DNA of 64,000 nucleotides from Takakia lepidozioides (lineage: Eukaryota > Plantae > Bryophyta). Made by a program: the position numbers and the translations under genes. The notes beneath the pieces were generated by a model that was not told where the DNA came from, ran no database searches, and was given only the letters and a program-made list of their open reading frames with translations. The stretch covers positions 23,064,001 to 23,128,000 of the forward strand of contig CM060734.1 in assembly GCA_030704615.1 (NCBI GenBank). The letters run 5' to 3'. Within the stretch, counting starts at the first letter, position 1, and every line of letters begins with the position of its first letter. This document shows, piece by piece, positions 11,101 to 23,400 of the stretch.

Positions 11101-14100
11101 AAAAGGGGTTGGATTCTTTGTCCGTGATTTCTTGTTTGACAATTGTGAAATTATCAACAAGGGTTTGAGGTACGAGCATAGTATCTGGCTAAAACTGAAT
11201 CTGAAGGGCGGCATGAGTACGAAGGACCTCTTTGTGGGTTGTGTTTATATGCCCACAGAGGGGACCCTTAGTGCTGACGCAGACAAAGCCTTCGAAGATG
11301 TAAAACTGGACTGTGCTTCGTTCCTTGCCAAAGGTCAGGTGGTGCTATTGGGTGACTTCAATGCCCGGGTGGGCAAAGGGCTCCATCAGGACGATATCAT
11401 TGGGCCTTTTGGTGAGGACGAGCTGAATTCTAATGGCAGACGGTTAATTAACTGTCTGGAAGAGCTTCAGCTTTTGACCTTGAATAACAGGACAAGAGGT
11501 GACCAAGTGCAGTGGACTCGTGAGAAATCCCAAACTGGGGAACGTTCCATTGTGGACTATATCATAATGGACAAAAATCTGTTCCCCCAGTGTGCCAATG
11601 TGTTGATCGACAGAACTGATATTGGTACCTCTGACCACTTCCTGGTTTGGACTGAGATCAAAAGGTGTTTTCCCAACACCAAGAGATCTGTGAAACGTTC
11701 GATTCGGAAGTGGCGAAAAGAAAAATTCCATAATGAGGAGGTCAAGGCTGAGTACGTCCAGGCCTTGCAAGAGGCTCTCCCTCATTTTGTCCAATCGCTC
11801 CAAGAATTTCAGTCTCGCTCTGACAATGCAAGAAATGAAGTCGAAAGAGCAGTGGACTCTTGGGAGAGTTTCGTTTCCTCCGTGGCTGACAAGATCATTG
11901 GGAGGAAACTAATTGTCTGCGGTAGAGCTGTTAATTGGTGGACCAATGAGATTAAACTCAAGATAGCTGAGAGACGAGCCCTCTATAGAGTGCTGCAATT
12001 TGAAAACCAACAGAGAATTGTGGGCGAGGTACTACCAGCTCCGTAAAGATATCAATCAGCTTGTTAGGTCTCAGAAGAAATTATACTGGGACAAGTTATA
12101 CAGTGAAATAAACTCAAACCACCATGGTGGTAATGACAAGAAATTCTGGTTGGCCCTTCAACGTTTGTATAAGCCGAAAAACGGTCAGCAAGTACAAGCG
12201 CTGAAGACTACTAAAGGTGCAGTGGTGACTTCATCGGTTGACATTGTCAAAACCTTTGAAACTCACTACAGTATCCTTGGCAGAACTTCTAGGTCTAACA
12301 GTGAGGGGTCTTCTGCTGAATGGAGGGACAGTTGGAAAAACTGTCCCTATGATTCAAAACAGCCCTGATGAACTGCAGTATATTTCAATGGCTTATAACA
12401 ATCCCACATTTAAACTCAGGGCAGGAAGCCTACCTTTGAACAGCAAACAGAAGCAGAGAGGAAAGGGAGAGTGCAATTGCCCGTTGTGTGGGCAATCTGA
12501 AGACAGTATTCATTTTCTGATACACTGTCCGGGGTTCTCTCACCAAAGAGACGCTCTCTTCAAATCTATCAAGGGGAATTGTGCCTGTACCCCTGTTTAC
12601 CAACTTTGAAAGTCTCGAGGCTGAGCCAAAAGCCCAGGCCCTCCTGAGGCCTAGTTTTTGGGCAAATCACACACAGCAGATTGATGCTTGTGTGAAGGGA
12701 TTTCTAGAGGATATCTGGAAAACCCGGATTAATTCTATATATGAAGGTAAGTCTTACTACCAACGTCAGCCCCTGACAGAGGTAGGTTCTGTCCCTTTTG
12801 TTCCCGCTCAAACTGGGCGCGGGGTCAATGGCCACAAGGCTACGGCAAACAACGTCTTATGAGTACAATCTCATTGATAATGAAAATGATAATGAAGTTA
12901 GGCAGAAAACTTCCCTGAACTTATTTCCAGTCTGTGACATGGGGGAGGACATCATGGATGACCTCAAGGGTCTACCCACTCTCGGCACTAGACTGAAATT
13001 TAAACTCAGGGCGGGAAGCCTACCTTTGAACAGCAAACAGAAGCAGAGAGGAAACGGAGAGTGCAATTGCCTGTTGTGTGGGCAACCTGAATACAATATT
13101 CATTTTCTGATTCATTGTCTGGGGTTCTCTGACCAGAGAGATGCTCTCTTCAAATCTATCAAGGGACTTGTGCCTGTACCTCTGTTTACCAACTTAGTAA
13201 GTCTCGAGGCTGAGCCAAAAGCCCAGCCCAGGGCCTAGTTATTGGGCAAACCAGGCACAGCAGGTTGATGCTTGTGTAAAGGGATTTCTAGAGGATATCT
13301 GGAAAACCCAGATCAATTGTTTATTCCAAGGTAAGTCTTACTACCGGCGTCAGCCCCTGACAAAGGTAGGTTCTGTCCCTTTTTGTTCCACTCAAACTGG
13401 GCGTGGACCCAATGGCCACAAGGGTATGGCAAACAACGTCTTATGAGTACATTCTCTCATGGATAATCCAGGGAAGGAAAAAGAAGGGAAGCCCACTTTT
13501 GTCTTTCTCTGGGATGTCAAAAAGGCTTATGACACAGTGTGGAGAGATGGTCTATGGCTCTGACTCTCGTCATCTGGGATCAAGGGAAAGATGTGGGGAG
13601 TGGTCCATAAGTTTTAGTGAGACCCAGTGCTTTGCGCTTGCCAGATTGAATGACCTTTTGAATATGTGCATCCCAATTACAGTTGGAGGTAAACTCAACG
13701 CCAAGGTACGTGTAGGAAGGGAGGACCGGAATCACTTGGCTTCCCACTGCCACTTGAGATCACCTCCTCCCCCCTTGGTCGTTGAATGCCACCACTGCGC
13801 ATTTACTGACGTTTGCCTCTAGCCCCTAAAGGTCAAAGTATCTCTTCGCGCAATCAATCAACTCCTGGAGATTGGAAGGAGTCTCCCCTATGCCTGCGAA
13901 GTCATCCGCAAACATAAGGGCTGGTATGGTGGCATCCCCCACCCTTAACCCAAATCCTTCACTTTCCACATCCTCGAGGAGTTGATTGATGACAACATTG
14001 AAGAGCAGAGGGGAGACGGTACATCCAAGGGATCAACTCTGAAGTAAAAAAAACCATGCTTTGCCTTGTTATTAGGCCTGCCTTGGAGTACGCATCTGCA

Positions 14101-17100
14101 GTATGGGTTGATAACTCCAACCAGGCTAAGTCTCTAGACTCCATTCAAGTGGGGGCTGCTTAAGGAGTGCATGTCAGCATGCTCCAAAACAGCCAATGTG
14201 GCTGTTCGGGGTGAGTTGGGCATCCCCCTTCCTTAAGCTCCTGACGAGATGAATTCAAAGTCAGATGGTGGGGTCAGGTGCAACATATGTCTAATGTCAG
14301 ATATCCTAAGTTAATCAACTCTATGTCTTGGAAGCAGGATCGCCCTGTCGAACAGGCTAAGTCCTGGCGGAAGAGAGTAGAAGAGATTCTCAAGGATCTG
14401 AGTCTAAGCCTGCAAGTCTTGACCCTGCTGGATAAATCTGACTTAGAGGCTGTAGTGTCCAAAGCCATGTCTGTTGCCAGGAGATTGTCTGATGAAAATG
14501 AAGTTAGGCAGAAAACTTCCCTGAACTTGTTTCCAGTCTGTGACGTGGGAGAGGATATCATGGATGACCTCAAGGGTTTACCCACCCTTGACACTAGACT
14601 GAAATTTAAACTCAGGGCGGTAAGCCTACCTTTGAAGAGGAAACAGCTGCAGGGAGGAAAGAGGGATTGCAATTGCCCGTTGTGTGGGCAACCTGAAGAC
14701 AATATTCATTATCTGATTCATTGTCCTGGGTACTCTCATGAGACAGACGCCCTCTTCAAATCCATCAAGGGAATTGTGCCTGAACCTCTGTTCACCAGCT
14801 TTGAAAGTCTCGAGGCTGAGCCAAAAGCCCAGGCCCTTTTGGGGCGTAGTTATTGGGCAAACCACACACATCAGATTGATGCTTGTGGGAAGGGATTTCT
14901 AGAGGATATCTGGAAAACTCGGATTAATTGTCTGTTACAAGGTAAGTCATACTACCGGCGTCAGCCCCTCACAAAGGTAGTTTCTGTCCCTTTGTCTTTC
15001 GCTCAAACTGAGCGCGGGGTCAATGGCCATAAGGCTATGGCAAACAACGTCTTATGAGTACATTCTCTCTCATTGTCCTGGGACTACGGCAAACAAGTTG
15101 ATCGAATCATCTAACTACAGAGTAACAATATCATACAGACATTAAAAGGTAACCCAATAGCTACAAGAAACCTGCATGGGTAGATGATACTACCGGCGTC
15201 AGCCCCTGACAAAGGTAGTTTCTGTCCCTTTGTGTTCCGCTCCAACTGGGCGCGGGGTCAATGGCCACAAGGCTATGGCAAACGTCTTATGAGTACATTC
15301 TCTCTCTCTCTGGGCTACGGCAAACAACATCTCTCTCTCTCCCTAACCCAGTCGCCTAAAAGCTCCGGCAGCTCACACAGCAGATTGATGCTTGTGTGAA
15401 GGGCTTTCTAGAGGATATCTGGAAAGCGCATATTAATTTTAAGTCCCACTACTGGAGTGAGCCCGTCACAGAGGTAGTCTGTTGCCTTTTGTTCCGCCCA
15501 AACTGGGTACGGGGTCTAGGGCCTCAAGGCTATGGCAAACGACATTTTACGAGTACATTCTCTCACCCACTAACTCCCCCACGCCCCTTGGGAGGGGTAT
15601 TTTTCTATATCCTAGGCTGTCTATGCACTCTCCGTTGTGGGGAGTAGGCCTGGTTTTCTGTTGTTTTGTTTATTCATGTGTGCCCTGTGGGCTTCCTCTG
15701 GACATTATAAACGTCATTTTCTTTTGCTTTACTTTCTTTCACTCTGGTTTTCCTAATTTTGAAAGAGCTGAAAGGAACGTAGTCAAGATTGCAAGTCAGA
15801 AAACTGATACCAGGTGTGGATGGGGTTCTCTTCAGCACTACACAGGAACTAGCAGCGGCAACACGGTTGACAGAGAGACTGATTCTGGCAGGTGCCTATG
15901 ATTTCACAAGGGCTGTTCTCCGGACCTCCTTCCTGGCCTCATGCGTGTCAGCATGCCGAAGCCGGACCATGAGTTTGGCAGACACTGTCACTGTCATGGC
16001 TCAAAGGTTGGGGAAGCTCTCTTTCTTTCTCACACTCTCTTCTTTCCACAATTTCACCAAGCAATGAATAATCCAATGCCAAAAACAGTTGAGATCATCT
16101 TTCTGTCTAACAAGCAGGCTTGTATGCAGGTAGGTAGGAAATGATAACGGCTCTTACAGTACACTAATTTGTTTCTGCAGGCTCCGTGAGAGGCTCCAGG
16201 AATGCAACGGTGATGAAGTGTTGAAGGCTGAGGCAGCTGCTAAGGTCCAAAGATTTACAGAATGGGCTCTGAAGTGCATTGGATCACACTCAAGGGGAAA
16301 GGGGACCAGGCCTGGCACACAAGTGGACTTGACCACTGCCAGAATCCATAGCTCGACTATTGAGTCACGGCTCCAGCTCATGGCCTTCAAGCGTTTCTTG
16401 GAACTTGCAGGAACTCAGTTGACCAAAAAGGACTACACTGAGGCCTTTGATGCTGCCTGCTTTCCTCTCACTCTCTTTTCCAGTGCTATAGATCCAGGGT
16501 GGGCAAGTGGAATTGCTGCAAGTGCCATGCAAGGGTTGCTTGGCCTGCTGGTTGAAGGAGGTGCAGACAATGTAAATCAGTGCTTTTTGGAGGCGGCTCG
16601 ATTTGGAAGTACAGAGCTTGTTCGTATTCTGCTTCAGGTGCAGCTATATCTGCCCTTTCCTGTTATCTCTTTTCACTTTTCTGGGTCTGTCTTGTCTTTC
16701 TTTGTTTCTTGGTGCCAACCAGTTCTTCTCATATGTCTGTCGGATTTGTGTCTTTCATGTGTACTAGTCTGCGTTTACTGGCCTTTCGTAGGACAACAAT
16801 TACCATAGGAAATGGCCATAGAAGATGATTCAACTGAGTTTCAAAACTCATGGTATAGGGTTTAGTTCAGGGCACGAAGGTCTCTCTCTTCCCCAACCCT
16901 GGTGGGCTAAAGTGTCTATCAGTGCCAGCTTACAAAGGTGTAATATCTCTCTCTCTCTCTCTCTCTCTCTCTCCTTTTGTTCTCCCCAAGCAGTCTGACG
17001 GACAATCTGCCCCTATGTGTGCGGAGCCTGTGCGTCGTGTAACTGAAAGATTTGGTACCCTGAATGGTTTACCAATTCTCAAAGTTTACACAAGACGAGC

Positions 17101-20100
17101 AAAATCTACACATGGGGTAACTGTCCCCCCTTTGCAGAACGGTTGGCCGTCCAGGAGCAATCACAAGCTACCTAGACGACAAACAATTCACACGCAAAGG
17201 GCTGGCTTGCGGCTGGCCACTTTCAACTTCTCAGGGTTGACCAACCAAAGGAAACAACTTGAAGTGGGACAAGTTCTTCGGACTAATGATATTCATATCT
17301 GTGCTGGGCAAGAAACATGGGAAACGTCGGATAAACTGGTTGGAGATGTCATTGGTTATAAATGGGCAGGTAAGATGTGTACTCTCAAGGCAGCCTCTGC
17401 CAAACGCGGTCAAAAAGGGGTTGGATTCTTTGTCCGTGATTTCTTGTTTGACAATTGTGAAATTATCAACAAGGGTTTGAGGTACGAGCATAGTATCTGG
17501 CTAAAACTGAATTTGAAGGGCGGCATGAGTACAAAGGACCTCTTTGTTGGTTGTGTTTACATGCCCACAGAGGGGACCCTTAGTGCTGACGTAGACAAGG
17601 CCTTCGAAGATGTAAAGCTGGACTGTGCTTCGTTCCTTGCCAAAGGTCAGGTGGTACTATTGGGGGACTTCAATGCCCGGGTGGGCAAAGGGATCCATCA
17701 GGACGATATCATTGGACCTTTTGGTGAGGACGAGCTGAATTCTAATGGCAGACGGTTAATTAACTGTCTAGAAGAGCTTCAGCTTTTGACCTTGAATAAC
17801 AGGACAAGAGGTGACCAAGTGCAGTGGACTCGTGAGAAACCCCAAACTGGGGAACGTTCCATTGTGGACTATATCATAATGGACAAAATTTTGTTCCCCC
17901 AGTGTGCCAATGTGTTGATCGACAGAACTGATATTGGTACCTCTGACCACTTCCTGGTTTAATCAGCTTGTTAGGTCTCAGAAGAAATTATACTGGGACA
18001 AGTTATACAGTGAAATAAACTCAAACCACCATGGTGGTAATGACAAGAAATTCTGGTTGGCCCTTCAACGTTTGTACAAACCGAAAAACGGTCAGCAAGT
18101 ACAAGCGCTGAAGACTACTACAGGTGCAGTGGTGACTTCATCGGTTGACATTGTCAAAACCTTTGAAACTCACTACAGTATCCTTGGCAGAACTTCTAGG
18201 TCTAACAGTGAGGGGTCTTCTGCTGAATGGAGGGACACAGTTGGAAAAACTGTTCCTATGATTCAAAACAGCCCTGATGAACTGGAGTATATTTCAATGG
18301 CTTATAATGCTCCCATTAGTTCTTCTGAGATTGTGGAAGCAATTGAACATTTAAATGGATATAAAGCTGGTGGACCTGATGGTATTGTCAACGAGCTTAT
18401 CAAGCACGGTGGCGATCCCATGATAGAGGCCCTAGTTCTCCTCTTTAACCTTATCTGGAAGACTGAAATGATCCGCTTTCGCTGGCGACAGGGGGATCAT
18501 TGTCAATCTATACAAGAAGGGTGACAGAGAAGAACCGGGGAACTACCGTGGCATCACGCTCCTCAATGCTGTTGGCAAGACATTCTGCAGAGTTATAAGT
18601 ACTCGTCTCGAGGTTGATCTGGAGTCCAGAGGTTGTTTCCACGAAGGCCAAGCTGGCTTTCGGCGAAACAGGGGCTGTGTGGATCATATCTTCACTCTAA
18701 GCCAGATTATCCAGGGAAGGAAAAAAGAAGGGAAACCCACTTATGTCTTTTTCCTGGATGTCAAAAAGGCTTATGACACAGTGTGGAGGGATGGCCTATG
18801 GTTCCGCCTCTGGTCTTGTGGGATCAAGGGAAAGATGTGGAGAGTTGTCCACAACTTGTATGCTCACACCAAAAGCCGTGTCACTGTTAACGGACAGAAG
18901 TCCAACTTCTTTGACATAGACCAAGGTGTAGCTCAAGGATGTACTCTCTCCCCTCTGCTCTTCAATGTTTTCATCAATCAACTCCTCGAGGATGTGGAAA
19001 GTGAGGGATTTGGGTTAAGGGTGGGTGATACCACCATACCAGCCCTTATGTTTGCGGATGACTTCGCAAGCATAGGGGAGACTCCAACCAATCTCCAGGA
19101 GTTGATTGATTGCGCGAAGAGATACTTTGATCTTTGGGGGCTAGAGGCTAATGTCAGCAAATGTGCAGTGGTAGCATTCAACGACAGAGGAGAGGGAGGA
19201 AGTGATCTTAAGTGGCAGTGGGGTAGCCAAGAGATCCCGGTCCTCCCTTCCTACACTTACCTGGGCGTTGAGTTTTCCTCCAATTGTAATTGGGATGCAC
19301 ATATCCGGAAAGTTGTTCAAACTGGCAAGGGCAAAGCTCTGGGGCTCACTAAATTTTTCCACCGCAGAGGGGTCAACTCTGAGGTTAAGAAAACCATGCT
19401 TTGTCGCGTTATTAGACCTGCCTTGGAGTACAGATCTGCTATATGGGTTGATAACTCCAACCAGGCTAAGTCTCTAGAATCCATTCAAGTGGGGTGCTTA
19501 AGGAGTGTATGTCAGCATGCTCCAAAACAGCCAATGTGGCTGTTAGGGGTGAGTTTGGCATTCCGTCCTTAAGCTCCCGACGAGATGAATTCAAGGTCAG
19601 ATGGTGGGGTCAGCTGCAACATATGCCCAACACCAGATATCCTAAATTAATCAACTTTGGAAACAGGACTGCCCTGTCAAACAGGCTAAGTCCTGGCAGA
19701 AGAGAGTAGAAGAGATTCTCAAGGAGCTGGACCTGGATCCGCAAGTCTTGACCCTGCTGGATAAATCTGACTTAGAGGCTGTAGTGTCCAAAGCCATGTC
19801 TGTTGCCATGAGATTGTCTGATGAAAATGAAGTTAGGCAGAAAACTTCCCTGAACTTGTTTCCAGTCAGTGACATGGGGGAGGACATCTTGGATGACCTC
19901 AAGGGTCATCTACCCACTCTCGGCACTAGACTGTAATTTAAACTCGGGGCAGGAAGCCTACCTTTGAACAGCAAACAGAAGCAGAGAGGAAAGGGAGAGT
20001 GCAATTGCCCGTTGTGTGGGCAATCTGAAGACAGTATTCATTTTCTGATACACTGTCTGGGGTTCTCTCATCAAAGAGACGCTCTCTTCAACTCTATCAA

Positions 20101-20394
20101 GGGAATTGTGCCTGTACCCCTGTTTACCAACTTTGAAAGTCTCGAGGCTGAGCCAAAAGCCCAGGCCCTCCTGAGGCCTAGTTTTTGGGCAAATCACACA
20201 CAGCAGATTGATGCTTGTGTGAAGGGATTTCTAGAGGATATCTGGAAAACCCGGATTAATTCTATATATGAAGGTAAGTCTTACTACCAACGTCAGCCCC
20301 TGACAGAGGTAGGTTCTGTTCCTTTTGTTCCCGCTCAAACTGGGCGCGGGGTCAATGGCCACAAGGCTACGGCAAACAACGTCTTATGAGTACA

Positions 20395-20431
<37 letters not shown>

Positions 20432-23400
20432 CTGGGCTGTTCGAGTTTGCTTGCAGACAAGTGCCTCAGTGAGTGCCTGTATGGCAGTTGCGGGAAAATA
20501 AGTTTATACCTGCAGCTGAGTTGCAGGGATAAGCTAAATCCTGGTGGGTGGGAACTCCACAAAAGGCTCTGGGAGGAGTAGTTTCCCGTGGGGTCAATGG
20601 CTCGAAGGGTATGGCAAGGCAACGTTCGCACGGAATGGCATGAGTACATTCTCTCTCACACACAACTGGGTGTGACATTAATGCACGAGTCATTTGCAGA
20701 TCCTAAATAATTAAATGTCTGTCTGTCCTACTCACTTGCTGTCTGTGTGGTGATGGTTATCACCTAGCAATCCACTGTGACTAAGGTGTCAGTATATGTC
20801 ATAGCCGACAAAAATTGATGATTAGTACTTCTCCCTCTCTCTTGCTCTCTCACTTTGCAGATAATTAGAGCCTTCTATCCTATTTGTTGACCAGGGTAGG
20901 GCCCTGATTGTCTGCTGTGCAGATTGCACACAGGAATGGCGTAGAGCTAGATGTGGACTTGGCGCTGGGTTTTGCTTCACACTATTGCAAGATTGCCACC
21001 ATGGATTGCCTGGTTGATGATGGCAACACACAGGCCTTCTTGGGACCTCTCATGCGGGCTGCTGAAAGGGGTTGCATGGAGGTTGGTTCCTTTTGATGTG
21101 GATTTGGTTCTATCATCAAGGTCGAATATGGTGGCTTCATGTCTGTCGTATGGCTTATGGCAATAAGAGTATTAAAAGCCTATAAGAATCTCAACAGTCA
21201 CATGTCTTGTTCTTCCTTCAATGGAGTTGGCTTGTGCTAAGATACCGATACCTGTACACACAAACTGGGGTCTTAGATGCAAGTGGGCCATGGGGTTGTT
21301 TTTGCATGAACCTTTCAACTACACGTCCCTGACATTAGGGTTTGGGAAATGTGAGACTTTTACACTGTTAGTTTATCTATCATACTAGACAGATGATGTA
21401 CTCTTTTGCTTGCCTTAGCTTGTGGAATCATGTGTGTGGTGTGAGTGAGAGCGATATATGTACTCATAAGATGTTGTTTGCCGTAGCCTTGTGGCCATTG
21501 ACCCCCGCGCTCAGTTTGAGCGGAACACAAGGGGACAGAAACCACCTTTGTCAGGGGCTGACGCCGGTAGTATGACTTACTTTGGAACAGACAGTTAATC
21601 CGAGTTTTCCAGATATCCTCTAGAAATCCCGTCACACAAGCATCAATCTGCTGTGTGTGGTTTGATTCTCAGCCTCGAGAATTTCAAAGCTGGTATACAC
21701 AGGTTCAGTCACAATTCCCTTGATGGATTTGAAGAGGGCGTCTGTCTCGTGAGAGTACCCAGGACAATGAATCAGATAATGAATATTGTCTTCAGGTTGC
21801 CCACACAACGGGCAATTGCAATCCCTCTTTCCTCTCTGCATCTGTTTCCTCTTCAAAGGTAGGCTTCCTGCCCTGAGTTTAACTTTCAGTCTAGTGCCTA
21901 GGGTGGGTAAACCCTTGAGGTCATCCATGATGGCCTGTCCCATGTCACAGACTGGAAACAAGTTCAGGGAAGTTTTCTGCCTAACTTCATTTTCATCACC
22001 AGATGACCAGAGTTGGAGCCATAGACCATCTCTCCACACTGTGTCATAAGCCTTTTTGACATCCAAGAAAAAGACAAAAGTGGGTTTCCCTTCTTTTTTC
22101 CTTCCCTGGATTATCTGGCTTAGAGTGAAGATATGATCCACACAGCCCCTGTTTCTCCGAAAGCCAGCTTGGCCTTCATGGAAACAACCTCTAGATTCCA
22201 GATCAACCTCGAGACAAGTCTTAAAACTCTGCAAAGTATCTTGCCAACTGCATTGAGAATCCTGATGCCTCGTTAGTTCCCCGGCTCTTCTTTGTCACCT
22301 TTCTTGTATAGGTTGGTAATGACCCCCTGTCGCCAGCGAAAAGGGATCATTTCAGTCCTCCAGATAAGGTTAAAGAGAAGTACAAGGGCCTCTATCATGG
22401 GGTCACCATGCTTGATAAGCTCGTTGACTATGCCATCAGGTCCACCAGCTTTATGTCCGTTTAAATGCTCAATTGCTTCCATAATCTCAGAAGAACTAAT
22501 GGGAGCGCTGTAACCCTTTGAAATATACTCCGGTTCATCAGGGCTGTCTTGAATCATAGGAACAGTTTTTTCAACTGTGTCCTTCCATTCTTCAGAAGAT
22601 CCCTCACTGTTAGACCTAGATTTTCTGCCGGGGATACTGTAGTGGGTTTCAAAGGTTTTGTTAATGTCACCCGTTGAAGTCACCACTGCACCCTTAGTAG
22701 TCCTCAGTGCTTGTACTTGCTGACTATATAACTTGTCCCAACATAATTTCTTCTGAGACCTTCGATATCTTTGAAGATGTGGTAGTACCTAAACATTTCT
22801 TCGTTGGCTTTCAAATTGCAGCACTCTTTATAGGACTAGTCTCTCGGCTATCTTGAGTTTGATCTCATTGGTCCACCAATTAGCAGCTCTACCGCAGACA
22901 ATTAGTTTCCTCCCAATGATCTTGTCAGCCACAGAGACGAAACTTTCCCAAGATTCCACTGCTCTTTCGACTTCATTTCTTGCATTGCCAGAGCAAGACT
23001 GAAGATCTTGGAGTGAATGGACAAAGTGAGGGAGAGCCTCTTGCAAGGCCTGGACATACTTAGCCTTGACCTCTTCATTTTGGAATTTTTCTATGCGCCA
23101 CTTCCGAATCAAACGTTTCACAGATCTCTTAGTGTTGGGGAAACACCTTTTGATCTTAGTCCAAACCAGGAAGTGGTCAAAGGTACCGATGTCAGTTCTG
23201 TCCATCAATACATTGGCACACTGGGGAAACAAATTCTTGTCCAGTATGATATAATCCACAATGGATCGTCCCCAGTTTGGGCTTTCTTAGGAGTCCACTG
23301 CACTTGGTCTTCTTTTGACTCAAGGTCAAAAGGTGAAGTTCTTCCAGACAGTTTATTAACCGTCTTCCATTAGAATTCAGCTCGTTCTCACCGAAAGGCC

